Assembly (NCBI GenBank): GCA_963666275.2
Contig: CAXXOA010000001.1
Location: 352,001-416,000, forward strand
DNA from: Oceanispirochaeta sp.
Lineage (GTDB): Bacteria; Spirochaetota; Spirochaetia; DSM-2461
Reading direction: 5' to 3'
DNA: 64,000 nt
Shown here: one piece after another, positions 9,716 through 19,808 of the stretch
How the letters are laid out: the number at the start of each line of letters is the position of its first letter
Position numbering within the stretch: position 1 is the stretch's first letter
Made by a program: the position numbers and the translations under genes
Notes under the pieces: generated by a model
What the model saw: the letters and a program-made list of their open reading frames with translations, nothing else
The model's database searches: none
What the model was told of the DNA's origin: nothing

Positions 9716-11152
9716 CTACAGTTCTCCGGGGCTTCCAGCCAGTTCTGCCAGTTTTCTGACTCCCTCCCTGATTTCAGGGGAAATAGGGGCTGCGAAGGTA
9801 ATGCGCAGACAGCTGCCGTACCGGTCTTCTGCTGAGAAGGCCTGGCCGGGAACAATGCTGATGCCATGTGCCAGTGCCTGTTCGAACAGTTTCAGGCAGT
9901 CCATTTCCCCGGGAAGCTGAACCCATAGGTAATAACCTCCCCGGGGCCGGGATACGGCTGTTCCGGGAGGAAAGGACTCTTTGATAAGACTCCGCATCTC
10001 CATGGCCTGGCGGGCCATGGTTTTCTGGAGCAGGGACAGATGTTTTAAGTACCGGGGCGTTTTTATGTATCCAGCCAGAGCTTTCTGGAGGAGTCCGCTG
10101 CTGCCCAGGGTCTGGGCCATTTTCAGGTTCCTGCATTTTCTATGATAACTGCCTCCCATAAGCCATCCGGACCTGAGAGCCGGAGCCAGGGTTTTGGAAA
10201 AGGAGCAGCAGTAGATCACCCGTCCCTCTATATCAAAACTCTTCAGCGGTTTTTCTCTGGACGGGGCAAAGGAGCAGTCATGATAGATATCATCTTCAAT
10301 GATAGTAGTGCTGTATCTATCCGCCAGAGTGACCGCACGACGTCTTGCCTCTTCACTCATAACAAATCCCAGGGGATTCTGGTACAGAGCGGTCATAACC
10401 ACGGCCTGTATGTCTTCTCTGGCCAGAACCTCTTCCAGTCTGTCCAGGTCCATCCCTGATTCGGGAGAGGTCGGAATGGTAATGATTCTCCGTTTGAGCT
10501 CTTTGAGTATCTGAATGATCCCGGGAAAGACAGGGCTTTCCAGGGCAATGATATCGCCGGGACCGGAGCAGGCCTGAACCGCCAGGCTGAGGGCTTCGGA
10601 GCATCCGTTTGTCAGGAGTATATCCTCTTTGTCCGCAGAAACACCTCTCTGCCGCATCATCCGGGATATTTCATCCCTCAGGCCCGGATCTCCCTGTTCA
10701 TCCGTGTAGTCCACCAGGGATTCGGGATTCCGGATCAGCAGCTGGTTGATCTCTTTTTTCAGGGAGCTCATGGGCAGATAGGAGCTGTCTGGCACCCCCG
10801 CGCCCAGGGGGAGAATGGAGTGATCATTGCTGGCTTCTACAATCCTTCCCATGATACTGACCGGCCTGGCTTCTCCGGAGAGGAGGGAAAAGTGCTCCTT
10901 CTGGGGAGAGGGGACGGGTGAGGCATCCTGCTGGTCGGCAAAGTAGCCTGACTTCTCCACGGCATAGATGTTCCCCCGGGCCTCCAGCAGGGCATAGGCC
11001 TGCATGACCACCGAAAGGGAGCAGCTGTAACGGCTCGCCATAACCCTCAGGGAGGGGAGTTTTGATCCCGGCCGGATCTCTCCCGCCTGAAGGGAGCGGG
11101 TTATTTCATCGGCAATCTCTTCGTATTTGTACTCTGTAACGGGGTTAACCAT
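9716..11152 (-). CDS. MocR/GntR-family PLP-dependent transcriptional regulator
   Basis: N-terminal wHTH (KLPSLRVMA...AYALLEARG) plus aminotransferase domain (QNPLG, EDDIY, SFSKTLAPALRSGW). Confidence 0.93.
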   Translation of the reverse strand: MVNPVTEYKYEEIADEITRSLQAGEIRPGSKLPSLRVMASRYSCSLSVVMQAYALLEARGNIYAVEKSGYFADQQDASPVPSPQKEHFSLLSGEARPVSIMGRIVEASNDHSILPLGAGVPDSSYLPMSSLKKEINQLLIRNPESLVDYTDEQGDPGLRDEISRMMRQRGVSADKEDILLTNGCSEALSLAVQACSGPGDIIALESPVFPGIIQILKELKRRIITIPTSPESGMDLDRLEEVLAREDIQAVVMTALYQNPLGFVMSEEARRRAVTLADRYSTTIIEDDIYHDCSFAPSREKPLKSFDIEGRVIYCCSFSKTLAPALRSGWLMGGSYHRKCRNLKMAQTLGSSGLLQKALAGYIKTPRYLKHLSLLQKTMARQAMEMRSLIKESFPPGTAVSRPRGGYYLWVQLPGEMDCLKLFEQALAHGISIVPGQAFSAEDRYGSCLRITFAAPISPEIREGVRKLAELAGSPGEL

Positions 11153-11204
11153 AACAGAACTGTAATCTGTTATGGTTCAAAAGTCAATTTTCTGATTCTG
11201 TTAT
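11147..11204. promoter_or_regulatory. Candidate MocR operator
   Basis: Perfect 12-bp inverted repeat AACCATAACAGA-N7-TCTGTTATGGTT (11147-11177) plus a further TCTGTTAT at 11197-11204, between divergent mocR and lysE. Confidence 0.7.
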
Positions 11205-11274
11205 TGTTTCTGTTTCCCCAGCATAATTTCTGAAAGAAGCCAGAGCTTCACACTTTTTTTAAGGAGAGTCTTAT

Positions 11275-11871
11275 ATGAAATCCATTCTGCTGCCGGTTAT
11301 CCTTTTTGTTCTGTCCATGACCATTACTCCGGGTCCCAACAATATGCTCCTCACCGCTACAGGGGCCCGTTTCGGGTATAGAAAAGCCCTGCCCCTGGTG
11401 GCGGGGATCGTGCTGGGGCTGCTGAGCCTGTTGATCCTGAGTGCTCTGGGGCTGGGAATCCTGTTTCAGGAGTATCCTGTGATTAAAAGCATTCTGAAAG
11501 TGACAGGAACCCTCTATATCCTCTATCTGGCATTCAGCATTGCCTTTAAGAGGAAAGGACAGTCCCATAAAGAGGAGTCTGCGAAGCCTCTGAACATCCT
11601 GCAGGGTGCGGCGTTTCAGTACCTGAATCCCAAAGCCTATATCATGTGTATCACGGCCATGTCTGTGTTTCCCCTTTCCGGAGCGGACTACCTGCCTTCG
11701 GCGCTGCTGATTATCGCCTGCTTTCTTGTGATCACACCCTTCTCCGTATCGGTCTGGGCCTACTTCGGATCGGTTCTGAACCGGATCTTCCCCCCCGGCA
11801 GGAGCCGGAAAAGGATGGACTACTTTCTGGGTTCTCTCACCGCCGCCTCAGCTGTGTTTATTGTGTTATAG
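11275..11871 (+). CDS. LysE family translocator
   Basis: ITPGPNN and FQYLNPKA motifs; about six TM helices; AAGGAG RBS. Confidence 0.92.
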   Translation: MKSILLPVILFVLSMTITPGPNNMLLTATGARFGYRKALPLVAGIVLGLLSLLILSALGLGILFQEYPVIKSILKVTGTLYILYLAFSIAFKRKGQSHKEESAKPLNILQGAAFQYLNPKAYIMCITAMSVFPLSGADYLPSALLIIACFLVITPFSVSVWAYFGSVLNRIFPPGRSRKRMDYFLGSLTAASAVFIVL

Positions 11872-11914
11872 ATGCCCTTGCCCGAGCTTCTGCAGGACAT
11901 TTCACAGAGCCGGA

Positions 11915-12730
11915 TTACTCATTTAAATTGAAGGCCAGCCTGTTCTGTTTTGCCTCCTGATCGGATTCAGGAGGCTTTTTCCAGTCCTCTTTCACATAGT
12001 CAATAAAATCATCCAGTTTGAGGGGTTCCGAATACAGGTCTCCCTGATATTTTTAACAGCCGATGTCCCTGAGAGTCATTCTGATCTCCTCATTTTCAAC
12101 GTATTCCGCAATAACATCAAAATCCAGGGACCTGCCCAGATCGACAATGGATTTGATGATATCAATGCTTCTCTCATTTTTCTGAAGCTGTCTGACCAGG
12201 GAACCGTCAAGTTTGACAAAGTCAAATTTATTGCTCTGAAGGTCGACAAGAGAGGTATAACCGGTGCTGAAATCATCTATAGCCAGTTTAATATGGCTGG
12301 CGTGGAGAATTTCAAAAGCTTCCGAGAGGTGATCGTTATCCTTTAGCTCCGCCTCTTCTGTGATTTCCGGTTTAACCCCCTGCAGGGCAATATAGGATGC
12401 AATGGCCGTTATGCAGGATAATAGGTTGATGATGCCAAAACACCTTGTTCTGTTGGAGGAATATTTATAGGTCACAGATATAATCAGATACAGCGATGCA
12501 AGACCGAAGGTAGATTCAAAAATCAGATTCAGCAAAAGGGCTATTGTTCCATTTCCGGCGCTTGTAATAAAGTTTCCTATAATGGGTATGGGAAAGTAGA
12601 GTAGCATAAGGGACACGGCTCCTGCCATAAAAACCGGCATGAGAATGAGGAAACCCTACCTTATACTGACAAGAATCAGGTTCTGTTCTAGCCTGAGAAG
12701 GGTGCTGTACATTTTTCTGCTGATCTCCAT
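11915..12730 (-). pseudogene. Decayed PTS EIIC-like / EAL fusion gene
   Basis: One frame from ATG 12730 (CAGGAG RBS): SIR*GFLILMP (TAG at 12656-12658), short TM part joined directly to mid-EAL EITEE...AIDDFSTGY...IAEYVE, then IGC*KYQGDLYSEPL (TAA at 12053-12055), final stop at 11915. Confidence 0.8.
11952..11980 (+). terminator. Intrinsic terminator after lysE
   Basis: GCCTCCTGA-TCGGAT-TCAGGAGGC followed by a T run. Confidence 0.7.
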
Positions 12731-12902
12731 GGAACTCCTGATTCTCCGTTTTATACATTCATTGTAAATTAAATCAGCATTTTTTTTTTCTCTATCAGAC
12801 AATTCTTTTCCCTTTTCAGTTCTCCCGGCTGTACCATTTAAGAAAACAGGAAGAAATTATATAATTTCCCTGAAAATAAAATTTTTTACTGGAGGTAAAA
12901 TC

Positions 12903-13190
12903 ATGAAAGACAGGACAGAGTACATTGAGAAAATGTCTGCCAGGCTGAAAGAGTGGGATGCTGAAATTCAGAAACTCGAGGCTAAAGCAGAATCCGCCCG
13001 GGCTGATCTCAGGGATGAATATCTTGAAAAAGTAAGGGATTTACGCAGTAAGAAAGAAGAGGCGAAAGGGAAACTCAATAAAATCCGAGAATCCGGAGAC
13101 GATGCCTGGAAGGAACTCAGAGATGGTCTGGAAACGAGCTGGAAAGTTCTGGGGGACTCAGTGAAAAGCGCGATGGAGAAGTTTAAATAG
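12903..13190 (+). CDS. Small coiled-coil protein, sll1863-like
   Basis: EYIEKMSARLKEWDAEI...DAWKELRDGLETSW pattern; GGAGGT RBS. Confidence 0.75.
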   Translation: MKDRTEYIEKMSARLKEWDAEIQKLEAKAESARADLRDEYLEKVRDLRSKKEEAKGKLNKIRESGDDAWKELRDGLETSWKVLGDSVKSAMEKFK

Positions 13191-13233
13191 CAGAATCTTT
13201 ACGGGGGGATACCTAACCCCTGTTAGAGGGAAC

Positions 13234-13266
13234 TCACCCGAATCCGTCACTGTGGGATCCGGGTGA
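13234..13266. terminator. Hairpin between convergent genes
   Basis: TCACCCG-A-ATCC...GGAT-C-CGGGTGA stem; weak T tail. Confidence 0.4.
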
Positions 13267-13283
13267 TATTAAAACTGTATAAA

Positions 13284-14750
13284 TCAGTAGGAATCGGCCA
13301 GGGCGGTCAGATAGGGATAGCCGTTGTTGATGGAACTGCTGATGTCCCAGATATCCTCGCTGCCGTTGGCGCTTTCACCGGCAAAATCCCAACCAGCCTG
13401 GGTAAAGGTCGCCTCTGTTTTCATCTCAGCTGTGGTTTTAGCTGTGCCGTATTGTGCCCACTTGTCTCCATTTCCGGATGCAACAGCCGCCTCATACCCT
13501 GAGGTTTGTCCATCATAGAAACAAGCTGTGAGAGACGCATCAATAACTTCAGGCGGAGCATCATAAGAACTTATAAGTCCTCCAAGAGTACCGTCTGATT
13601 CGCTTGCCCTGAGAGAACCATAGGAATAGCTTCTGGTGACTTTACCTGAAGTATCCCCTACCAGACCGCCCAGGAATCTCTGTCCTTCTATGCTTCCTCC
13701 TGCATAGCAGTCAATAATAGAGCCTTGAAGAAGATTACCAACTAACCCCCCAGCCGCCATTCCTGAAATGATAATGTTGCCTGTAGCATAACACTCTATG
13801 ATTTCATTTGCATTGTCTTCACTCTTTCCAATCAGTCCTCCTGCCTCATAAGTTCCTGTGACACTGGCAGAGGAGGAGCAACCAAGAATGAGAGTTTCAT
13901 CATCTATAAGCCCTATCAGTCCGCCAACAGACTCCCCTCCAGTCACATGGCCCGATGAATTACAGTCAATAAACAACCCGTTATCGCTTTCTCCGGCCAG
14001 GATGCCTGTATAGTCTCCTCCCTCAATATCTGCGTCCGTCACACTCAAGGAGGAGATAATTCCTTCATCAATTAAGCCGAACAGCCCCTGATAGCCATCA
14101 CCGCTGCTGATGGTCAGGCCCCTGATGGCAAACCCGTTGCCGCAGAACAGGCCTGTAAATGGACCTCTGGGGGTGCTGAGGAATGTCCAGCCCGAGATCC
14201 CCGACAGGTCAATATCATTCATCAGAAGATAGGCACCCGAAAGATTATCCCGGACCTTGTCCAGTTCATCCGCAGAGGTTACAAAGGTATAGTCTGCGGT
14301 TTCTCCTGACCGGGCTGTCATAAGAATCAGGGTATGCTCATCGCCGATGGCGCCTGAAGCGGTAACGGCTCTCATGGTCAGGGTGTACTGGGTCTTTGCA
14401 TCCAGAGAGTTCAGGGTGAGGGTTCCTGTTCCGGCAGACACCTGTGTCTGTTGTGACTGTCCTTTCCGGGGAGCATAGTCGATTGTGATATGGTCAATTG
14501 TTGAGGTTCCGGTTTCGGTCCAGGTCAGGGTAATACTCTCATCATCAGCCGCCACAGATGTTGCGGCAATAAAGGCATTGACGGTTTGGGGCGTCTCGCT
14601 GGTAGGGGAGTCCTGGCTGCTGGTATCTTCCTCAAGGACGTCTTCTCCTCCGGCCCCGGCGGAATCGCAGGAAGTAAAGAGCAGGAGCATCCCTGCCAGC
14701 AGGGTAAAGGCGGTCATTTTAAAAAACATTGATAGTTTGTCAGATTTCAT
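13284..14750 (-). CDS. Lipoprotein with FN3 domain and GLUG repeats
   Basis: Lipobox LLFTSC; ITLTW...LDAKTQYTLTMRAV FN3 pattern; YLLMNDIDL, GLFG and repeated GGLIG/GGLVG. Confidence 0.85.
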   Translation of the reverse strand: MKSDKLSMFFKMTAFTLLAGMLLLFTSCDSAGAGGEDVLEEDTSSQDSPTSETPQTVNAFIAATSVAADDESITLTWTETGTSTIDHITIDYAPRKGQSQQTQVSAGTGTLTLNSLDAKTQYTLTMRAVTASGAIGDEHTLILMTARSGETADYTFVTSADELDKVRDNLSGAYLLMNDIDLSGISGWTFLSTPRGPFTGLFCGNGFAIRGLTISSGDGYQGLFGLIDEGIISSLSVTDADIEGGDYTGILAGESDNGLFIDCNSSGHVTGGESVGGLIGLIDDETLILGCSSSASVTGTYEAGGLIGKSEDNANEIIECYATGNIIISGMAAGGLVGNLLQGSIIDCYAGGSIEGQRFLGGLVGDTSGKVTRSYSYGSLRASESDGTLGGLISSYDAPPEVIDASLTACFYDGQTSGYEAAVASGNGDKWAQYGTAKTTAEMKTEATFTQAGWDFAGESANGSEDIWDISSSINNGYPYLTALADSY

Positions 14751-14809
14751 TTTTTCCTCACAAAATAGGGGATTATGAGGTTTTTATACTCCCGAAGAGA
14801 AAAAGGGTC

Positions 14810-14831
14810 GTCCAGAAACGCGTTTTAGGAC
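14810..14831. promoter_or_regulatory. Candidate operator between the GLUG lipoprotein and AraC genes
   Basis: Near-perfect palindrome GTCC-AG-AAACGCGTTT-TA-GGAC in the divergent intergenic region. Confidence 0.45.
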
Positions 14832-14972
14832 CTTTTTCCAAGAAAAAAAGAGACCTCAGAGATATTTTGCGCTGTTTCCGGACTTATTCAAGAAGGACAA
14901 TAACTCATACTTGTAAGGGCTGTTCAGTTTTGGTGATTCACAAATCTTTTTCTTCGGGGTAAAATCATAGTT

Positions 14973-16124
14973 ATGGAGTCAGCATTCAGCTCTTTTGATA
15001 TTATCACCAGTTTCCTCATTGCTTCGAGTGGTATATTCTGTCTGCTCTTTGCACTGATTCAGGCTCTCTCCAACAGGTCTCACGAACTGATACACTATAT
15101 TCACTCGGGTTTTTTCTTTGCCCTGGGAATCTGCATTCTCAGCGATCCTGTCTCCCGACAGGGGACCGAATGGCTGGCACCGGCTCTCCTCTATGTCAAC
15201 TATCCCCTGGACTATCTTCTTCCGGTACTTCTGTATTTCTATTTTATTCTTGTTTTTGAAGATCATATTACCCTCGGGCGGAGGCACCTGCTTCTGCTGC
15301 TGCCATCCATCGCGGTTACCGGGGCTTTCATGCCTTTTTTCCTTCTTTCATCGGAAGAAAAACTGGGCATTTATCCTCTGAGTCATCACTCCTGGGGGTA
15401 TCTGAGCCCCCTGAGTCAGTATATAGATTACGGTATTTTTATGTGGATGCTCTTCTGTATGATCCTGACTTTGAAGGCCATTTCTCTTTATCTGTTCGAT
15501 AACAGAAAGCATATAAAATCTGTATTTCTTTTTCTGGTTGCCGGGGGAATCCTGGCGGCGTCTCTTATCTACTCCAATTTTACAGAGCACAATCTTCACT
15601 ACAAAATCAATATGCTGGTTATGGTTGTACTGCTGGTAATCCTGGCAGCCATGACAGTCCGCAATCCCGACTTCTATCTGAAAGTCCGTCGGAAAAGCAG
15701 TGAAATCCGCTACAACAGGTCCCAGCTGGAGACGCTCAATGTGGATGGCGTTATGGACCGTATCAACGATCTCATGGCCATGGAGCATCTCTACAGGGAT
15801 CCGGAGCTCAGTATTGGCACTCTCAGTAATATCCTGAATATTACTGGCAGGCAGCTGTCAGAGATTATCAATTCCCGATACGGTCAGAATTTCAGCTCTT
15901 TTCTTAACTCCTACCGTCTCGAGGCGGTTAAACAGGAGCTGAGAAATGATCCTGATTCAACAATCCTTGTGATTGCCATGAACTGCGGGTTCAATTCCAA
16001 ATCCACATTCAACAAGGTATTTCAGGAGTCAGAAGGTATGACTCCCAGCCAGTGGAGAAAGAGCATGGCAGATAATTCCAGGAAAGGGAAAGGAGTCAGA
16101 ACTCCCGGGAGAACCTCCGGTTGA
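14973..16124 (+). CDS. Membrane-anchored AraC family regulator
   Basis: About seven hydrophobic segments, then LYRDPELSI...LSEIIN...NSYRLE...GFNSKSTFNKVF...GMTPSQWR. Confidence 0.9.
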   Translation: MESAFSSFDIITSFLIASSGIFCLLFALIQALSNRSHELIHYIHSGFFFALGICILSDPVSRQGTEWLAPALLYVNYPLDYLLPVLLYFYFILVFEDHITLGRRHLLLLLPSIAVTGAFMPFFLLSSEEKLGIYPLSHHSWGYLSPLSQYIDYGIFMWMLFCMILTLKAISLYLFDNRKHIKSVFLFLVAGGILAASLIYSNFTEHNLHYKINMLVMVVLLVILAAMTVRNPDFYLKVRRKSSEIRYNRSQLETLNVDGVMDRINDLMAMEHLYRDPELSIGTLSNILNITGRQLSEIINSRYGQNFSSFLNSYRLEAVKQELRNDPDSTILVIAMNCGFNSKSTFNKVFQESEGMTPSQWRKSMADNSRKGKGVRTPGRTSG

Positions 16125-16266
16125 ATCCGGGGGAAGATTCCTCATGGTTCTCCGCTAATTTTAAATTCCCCGGGCGGGTTTTACACTTTTTTTCAATACT
16201 GTGCGAGAATACAGCCAGGGAAAATTTTTTACCCGGATTTATCCGGCAAGTAAGATGGAGTTAAAA

Positions 16267-16608
16267 ATGAGTGTAAATGTAGTATTTCATATTGATGAGA
16301 AAGAGAAGTGGAAGCTGCTGATCGGGAATGTCAAAAATCTGTGCAGGACTATCAATACCAGAGAATCCCGGGTTGAGATCCTTGTTAACTCCCTTGCTGT
16401 GGAACTGCTGAAGAAGGGGAGATCCTCTTCCAGCAGAGAGCTGAATGAGCTGAACAGGTCCGGGGTTAAAATATGCGCCTGCCGGAACTCTCTGGAGGGA
16501 ATGGATATCAATCCGGATGATCTCTATGATTTTATTCATATAGTCCCTATCGGAGTCAGAGAGCTGATTGACAGGCAGGCTGACGGGTTTGCCTACATAA
16601 AACCATAA
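16267..16608 (+). CDS. DsrE family protein
   Basis: VVFHIDE, ICACRNSL and GFAYIKP motifs; GGAG RBS before ATG 16267. Confidence 0.85.
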   Translation: MSVNVVFHIDEKEKWKLLIGNVKNLCRTINTRESRVEILVNSLAVELLKKGRSSSSRELNELNRSGVKICACRNSLEGMDINPDDLYDFIHIVPIGVRELIDRQADGFAYIKP

Positions 16609-16661
16609 AATTAATTATCCAGTGATTGGGACTCCCCCCGGTTTTCTGAAAGCATTTCATG

Positions 16662-16690
16662 TTGACATCCGTACAACGTACTAATACTCT
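16662..16690 (+). promoter_or_regulatory. Sigma70 promoter with candidate TetR operator in the spacer
   Basis: TTGACA-N17-TACTCT; GTAC-AAC-GTAC palindrome in the spacer. Confidence 0.6.
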
Positions 16691-16720
16691 CATAGAGAGA
16701 AGGTTTCTGATGAGGATAAT

Positions 16721-17371
16721 ATGGCAAGGAAAAAAAACTCTCCCGAACTCAAAAGGGACGTGATACTGGCAAAAGCTCTTGAAATGGCGGATACCGGGGG
16801 TATTGAATCCCTGTCCATCCGGAAACTGGCGGGAGAGCTGGATGCCGGAGCCATGTCTATCTACTACTACTTCAAGTCGAAGGATGAGATCATCGACGGG
16901 ATGATCGACAGTGTTTTTGCTGAAATTGCCCTTCCTCCGGATGATCCTGACTGGAAAGAGGCTATCAGGATCCGCTGCCGATCTGTGAGAGAGGTTCTGG
17001 GCCAACATCCCTGGGCTTCGCCCTTTATGGAATCCCGGCGCTCACCGGGAGAAAGTATCCTCCGGCACCATGACAGGGTTATCGGCTGTTTTCTCAGAGC
17101 CGGATTTTCCATTGCAGTTGTTGCCAGGGCTGTGGCTGTGATCGATGCCTTTGTTTTCGGCTTTGCCCTTCAGGAAGCCAGCCTGCCCGGAGGCGGGGGA
17201 GAAGAGATGATCGATATGGGCCGGGATATGCTGGACAGTGCTTTTGCAGGGTATCCCCACCTGGCGGAACTGACCCGGTATGCCCTGAATCCGGACTATC
17301 GATTTGGTGATATTTTCGAAGATGGCCTGGATCTGCTGTTGGGCGGGTTTGATAAATACCTTCCGGAATAA
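16721..17371 (+). CDS. TetR/AcrR family regulator with TetR_C-type C-terminal domain
   Basis: GIESLSIRKLAGELDAGAMSIYYYFKSKDEI HTH; HPW and FEDGLDLLLGG. Confidence 0.92.
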   Translation: MARKKNSPELKRDVILAKALEMADTGGIESLSIRKLAGELDAGAMSIYYYFKSKDEIIDGMIDSVFAEIALPPDDPDWKEAIRIRCRSVREVLGQHPWASPFMESRRSPGESILRHHDRVIGCFLRAGFSIAVVARAVAVIDAFVFGFALQEASLPGGGGEEMIDMGRDMLDSAFAGYPHLAELTRYALNPDYRFGDIFEDGLDLLLGGFDKYLPE

Positions 17372-17469
17372 CAGGATTCTATGCCTGCCCGGGAGCTCGG
17401 GGACACATCTGTTTCACTTTTTTTTATCTGTTGCCATGGGAGGCTCAGAGTGATTACAATAGAGAGAGG

Positions 17470-19800
17470 ATGAAAAAAAAAATCCGCCTGAATATTCACA
17501 TCCTTCTGCCTCTGATGCTCATCGTTTTTCCACTGGGGTTATTTTTCATAATCAGACTGGATACAAATGCTGTTGATTTCATAATTGATGAACGAAGCGA
17601 CTATCTCAAACATATCCTGAATACTGTCGATTACAGCTTCTCCTCCTACGAACAGCTAATTTCCACTACCGTGGAAATCGTAGAGAATCTCCCCCTCCGG
17701 AAGGAGGCTCATGAAGGGGCTCTGCAGATGGTTTTTGACTCATCCCGATCCGCACTGGTTTACGGTATCGGAATCTGGTACGAACCAGGTCTGTTTCAGC
17801 CCGGCGTGGAACGGTTCGGCCCCTATATCCGGCAGACCCGGCCTCTCAGTAAAGAAGGGGAGATCACCTATTTCTGGAATACTCCTGAATATGACTATCA
17901 GCAGCGGGAGTGGTATCATCTTTCTATGAAGGCGGAAGGGGATGATGCTGCGGTAACGCCGCCTTTTTTTGACAATGACTATACCTATATAACTTTCGGT
18001 AAGCCTTTCTACAGAGATGGCCGCAAAGCGGGAGTTGTGACTGTGGATATTATCCTTCCTCTTCTGGAAGACTACTTTGATCAGTTTGATTTTTCCTTTT
18101 TTTCGGGAATCTATCTCACCACTTCAGACGACAGTATTGTCATTTCCAAAACGGTTGCCGATTCCGAGGCTTTATACCGCTACTCTCTGGAGGGGGAACA
18201 TCCGGGGCTTTTTGTGGACCGGACTGCCATCTATGACAGGGAGGAAATCCGGGATTTTTTCCAGGGACAGGGGCAGAAGCCGGCTATTCTGGATCATCAG
18301 ACCCTGAACGGTGTGTTTAAGATTCATGGCTTTATGGATCGGAGGGCAATTTTCCGGAATATGGTCCGGCGGCATCTTTTCAATTATATTTTCTACCTTT
18401 TTTTCTGGACTGCCATTCTGATCGTTGTGCTGCTGGGAGCCACCTATCAGAGACGGAATTTTGAAAACCGGATCCTCAACTCAGAAAATGATCTTCTGAA
18501 AGAGGAGATCAAGAAGCGCCAGGAGGCGGAGAAACGGCTGGGATATCTGGCGTTTCACGATGAAATCAGCGGTCTTGATAATATTCAGTCCTTCCTGGCT
18601 AAGGAAGAACCTCCTGAAAAAGGACAGGATTCCCGGAGTCTTATTTACCTTTCCCTGACCAATATGAGGGAACTCTCTCTGATTATCTCGGACAGTCTTA
18701 TCGATGATGTTCTGGAGGTCTTTGCCGAACGGCTCCGGAGTCACTGCCCCGAGACTGCCAGACTCTACAGAGGGCGGGGATTTTCTTTCTATGTGGTCTG
18801 TACCGAAAAGGGCGACAGGATTCTGGCGGATAATCTGCTCAAGGAGTTCCGGAAACCCATGCAGATGGGGGCTCGGGATATCAGGCTCAGGATCCGGACA
18901 GGTCTTGTCCGGTTTAAAGAGGCAGACACATTAAATCAGCTCCTTTCCATGTCCCATTCCACAGTTTCTGATGAGAGTGTCAGGAACCTTGATCAGGTCT
19001 CTCTCTATAACTCGAAACTGCAGAGCAATAAAACCCGGATCCTTATGCTGGATACCGCCATGAGCCAGCCTGAGTTTACCGAAGAACTTATGATGGTGTA
19101 CCAGCCCATTGCAGGGACTGCCGACAGGAGGGCTGTAGGGTGCGAAGCCCTTGTCCGCTGGCACAGCAGGGCTCTGGAGAGTATCATTTCTCCGGTAGAA
19201 TTTATTCCTCTGGCAGAGGAAAACGGCGTGATCATTACACTGGGCTGGTTTGTGATGGAAGAGGTTCTGAAAGTCCTGTCCGGACCTCTCGGAGACAGAG
19301 ACTTTTTCATCTCTGTCAACGTCAGCCCCCTGCAGTTTCTTGAAATCGACTTTGCCGACAAACTGGACGGGCTTATGACGGAGTATAAGGTGGACCGCAG
19401 GAGGATTAAACTTGAGATTACCGAGTCTTCTGCGGCGGCAGTGATCGATTCGTTCTGGCAGATTGCTGAAGATCTGATTAAAAGGGGGTATCTCCTGGCA
19501 ATTGATGATTTCGGTACGGGAGAATCCTCTTTCTACAGACTCTATAACATGTCCTTTGATTCACTGAAAATTGACCGTTCCTTTGTGGCCGGCGCCTTCC
19601 GGGGATCCCGGAATCAGGAGATCTGCCGCTCCCTTCTGGAACTGGGAAATACCATGGGGAGCTCTGTCATTGCCGAAGGGGTAGAGACGGAAGAGGAGTT
19701 TCAGGCCCTGAAGGAGATCGGCGTTTCCTATGTGCAGGGATACCTCCTTTCCCGGCCTCTGAGTCTGGAAAAAATGCTGGAGAGCCCCCTTCTGGGCTGA
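17470..19800 (+). CDS. Cache-sensor, degenerate GGDEF, EAL c-di-GMP phosphodiesterase
   Basis: Two TM segments flanking a Cache-like region (YDYQQREWY); AFHDEISGL with no GGDEF motif; YQPI, EALVRW, EITES, AIDDFGTG, IAEGVE, VQGYLLSRP. Confidence 0.88.
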   Translation: MKKKIRLNIHILLPLMLIVFPLGLFFIIRLDTNAVDFIIDERSDYLKHILNTVDYSFSSYEQLISTTVEIVENLPLRKEAHEGALQMVFDSSRSALVYGIGIWYEPGLFQPGVERFGPYIRQTRPLSKEGEITYFWNTPEYDYQQREWYHLSMKAEGDDAAVTPPFFDNDYTYITFGKPFYRDGRKAGVVTVDIILPLLEDYFDQFDFSFFSGIYLTTSDDSIVISKTVADSEALYRYSLEGEHPGLFVDRTAIYDREEIRDFFQGQGQKPAILDHQTLNGVFKIHGFMDRRAIFRNMVRRHLFNYIFYLFFWTAILIVVLLGATYQRRNFENRILNSENDLLKEEIKKRQEAEKRLGYLAFHDEISGLDNIQSFLAKEEPPEKGQDSRSLIYLSLTNMRELSLIISDSLIDDVLEVFAERLRSHCPETARLYRGRGFSFYVVCTEKGDRILADNLLKEFRKPMQMGARDIRLRIRTGLVRFKEADTLNQLLSMSHSTVSDESVRNLDQVSLYNSKLQSNKTRILMLDTAMSQPEFTEELMMVYQPIAGTADRRAVGCEALVRWHSRALESIISPVEFIPLAEENGVIITLGWFVMEEVLKVLSGPLGDRDFFISVNVSPLQFLEIDFADKLDGLMTEYKVDRRRIKLEITESSAAAVIDSFWQIAEDLIKRGYLLAIDDFGTGESSFYRLYNMSFDSLKIDRSFVAGAFRGSRNQEICRSLLELGNTMGSSVIAEGVETEEEFQALKEIGVSYVQGYLLSRPLSLEKMLESPLLG

Positions 19801-19808
19801 ATTTCCTG

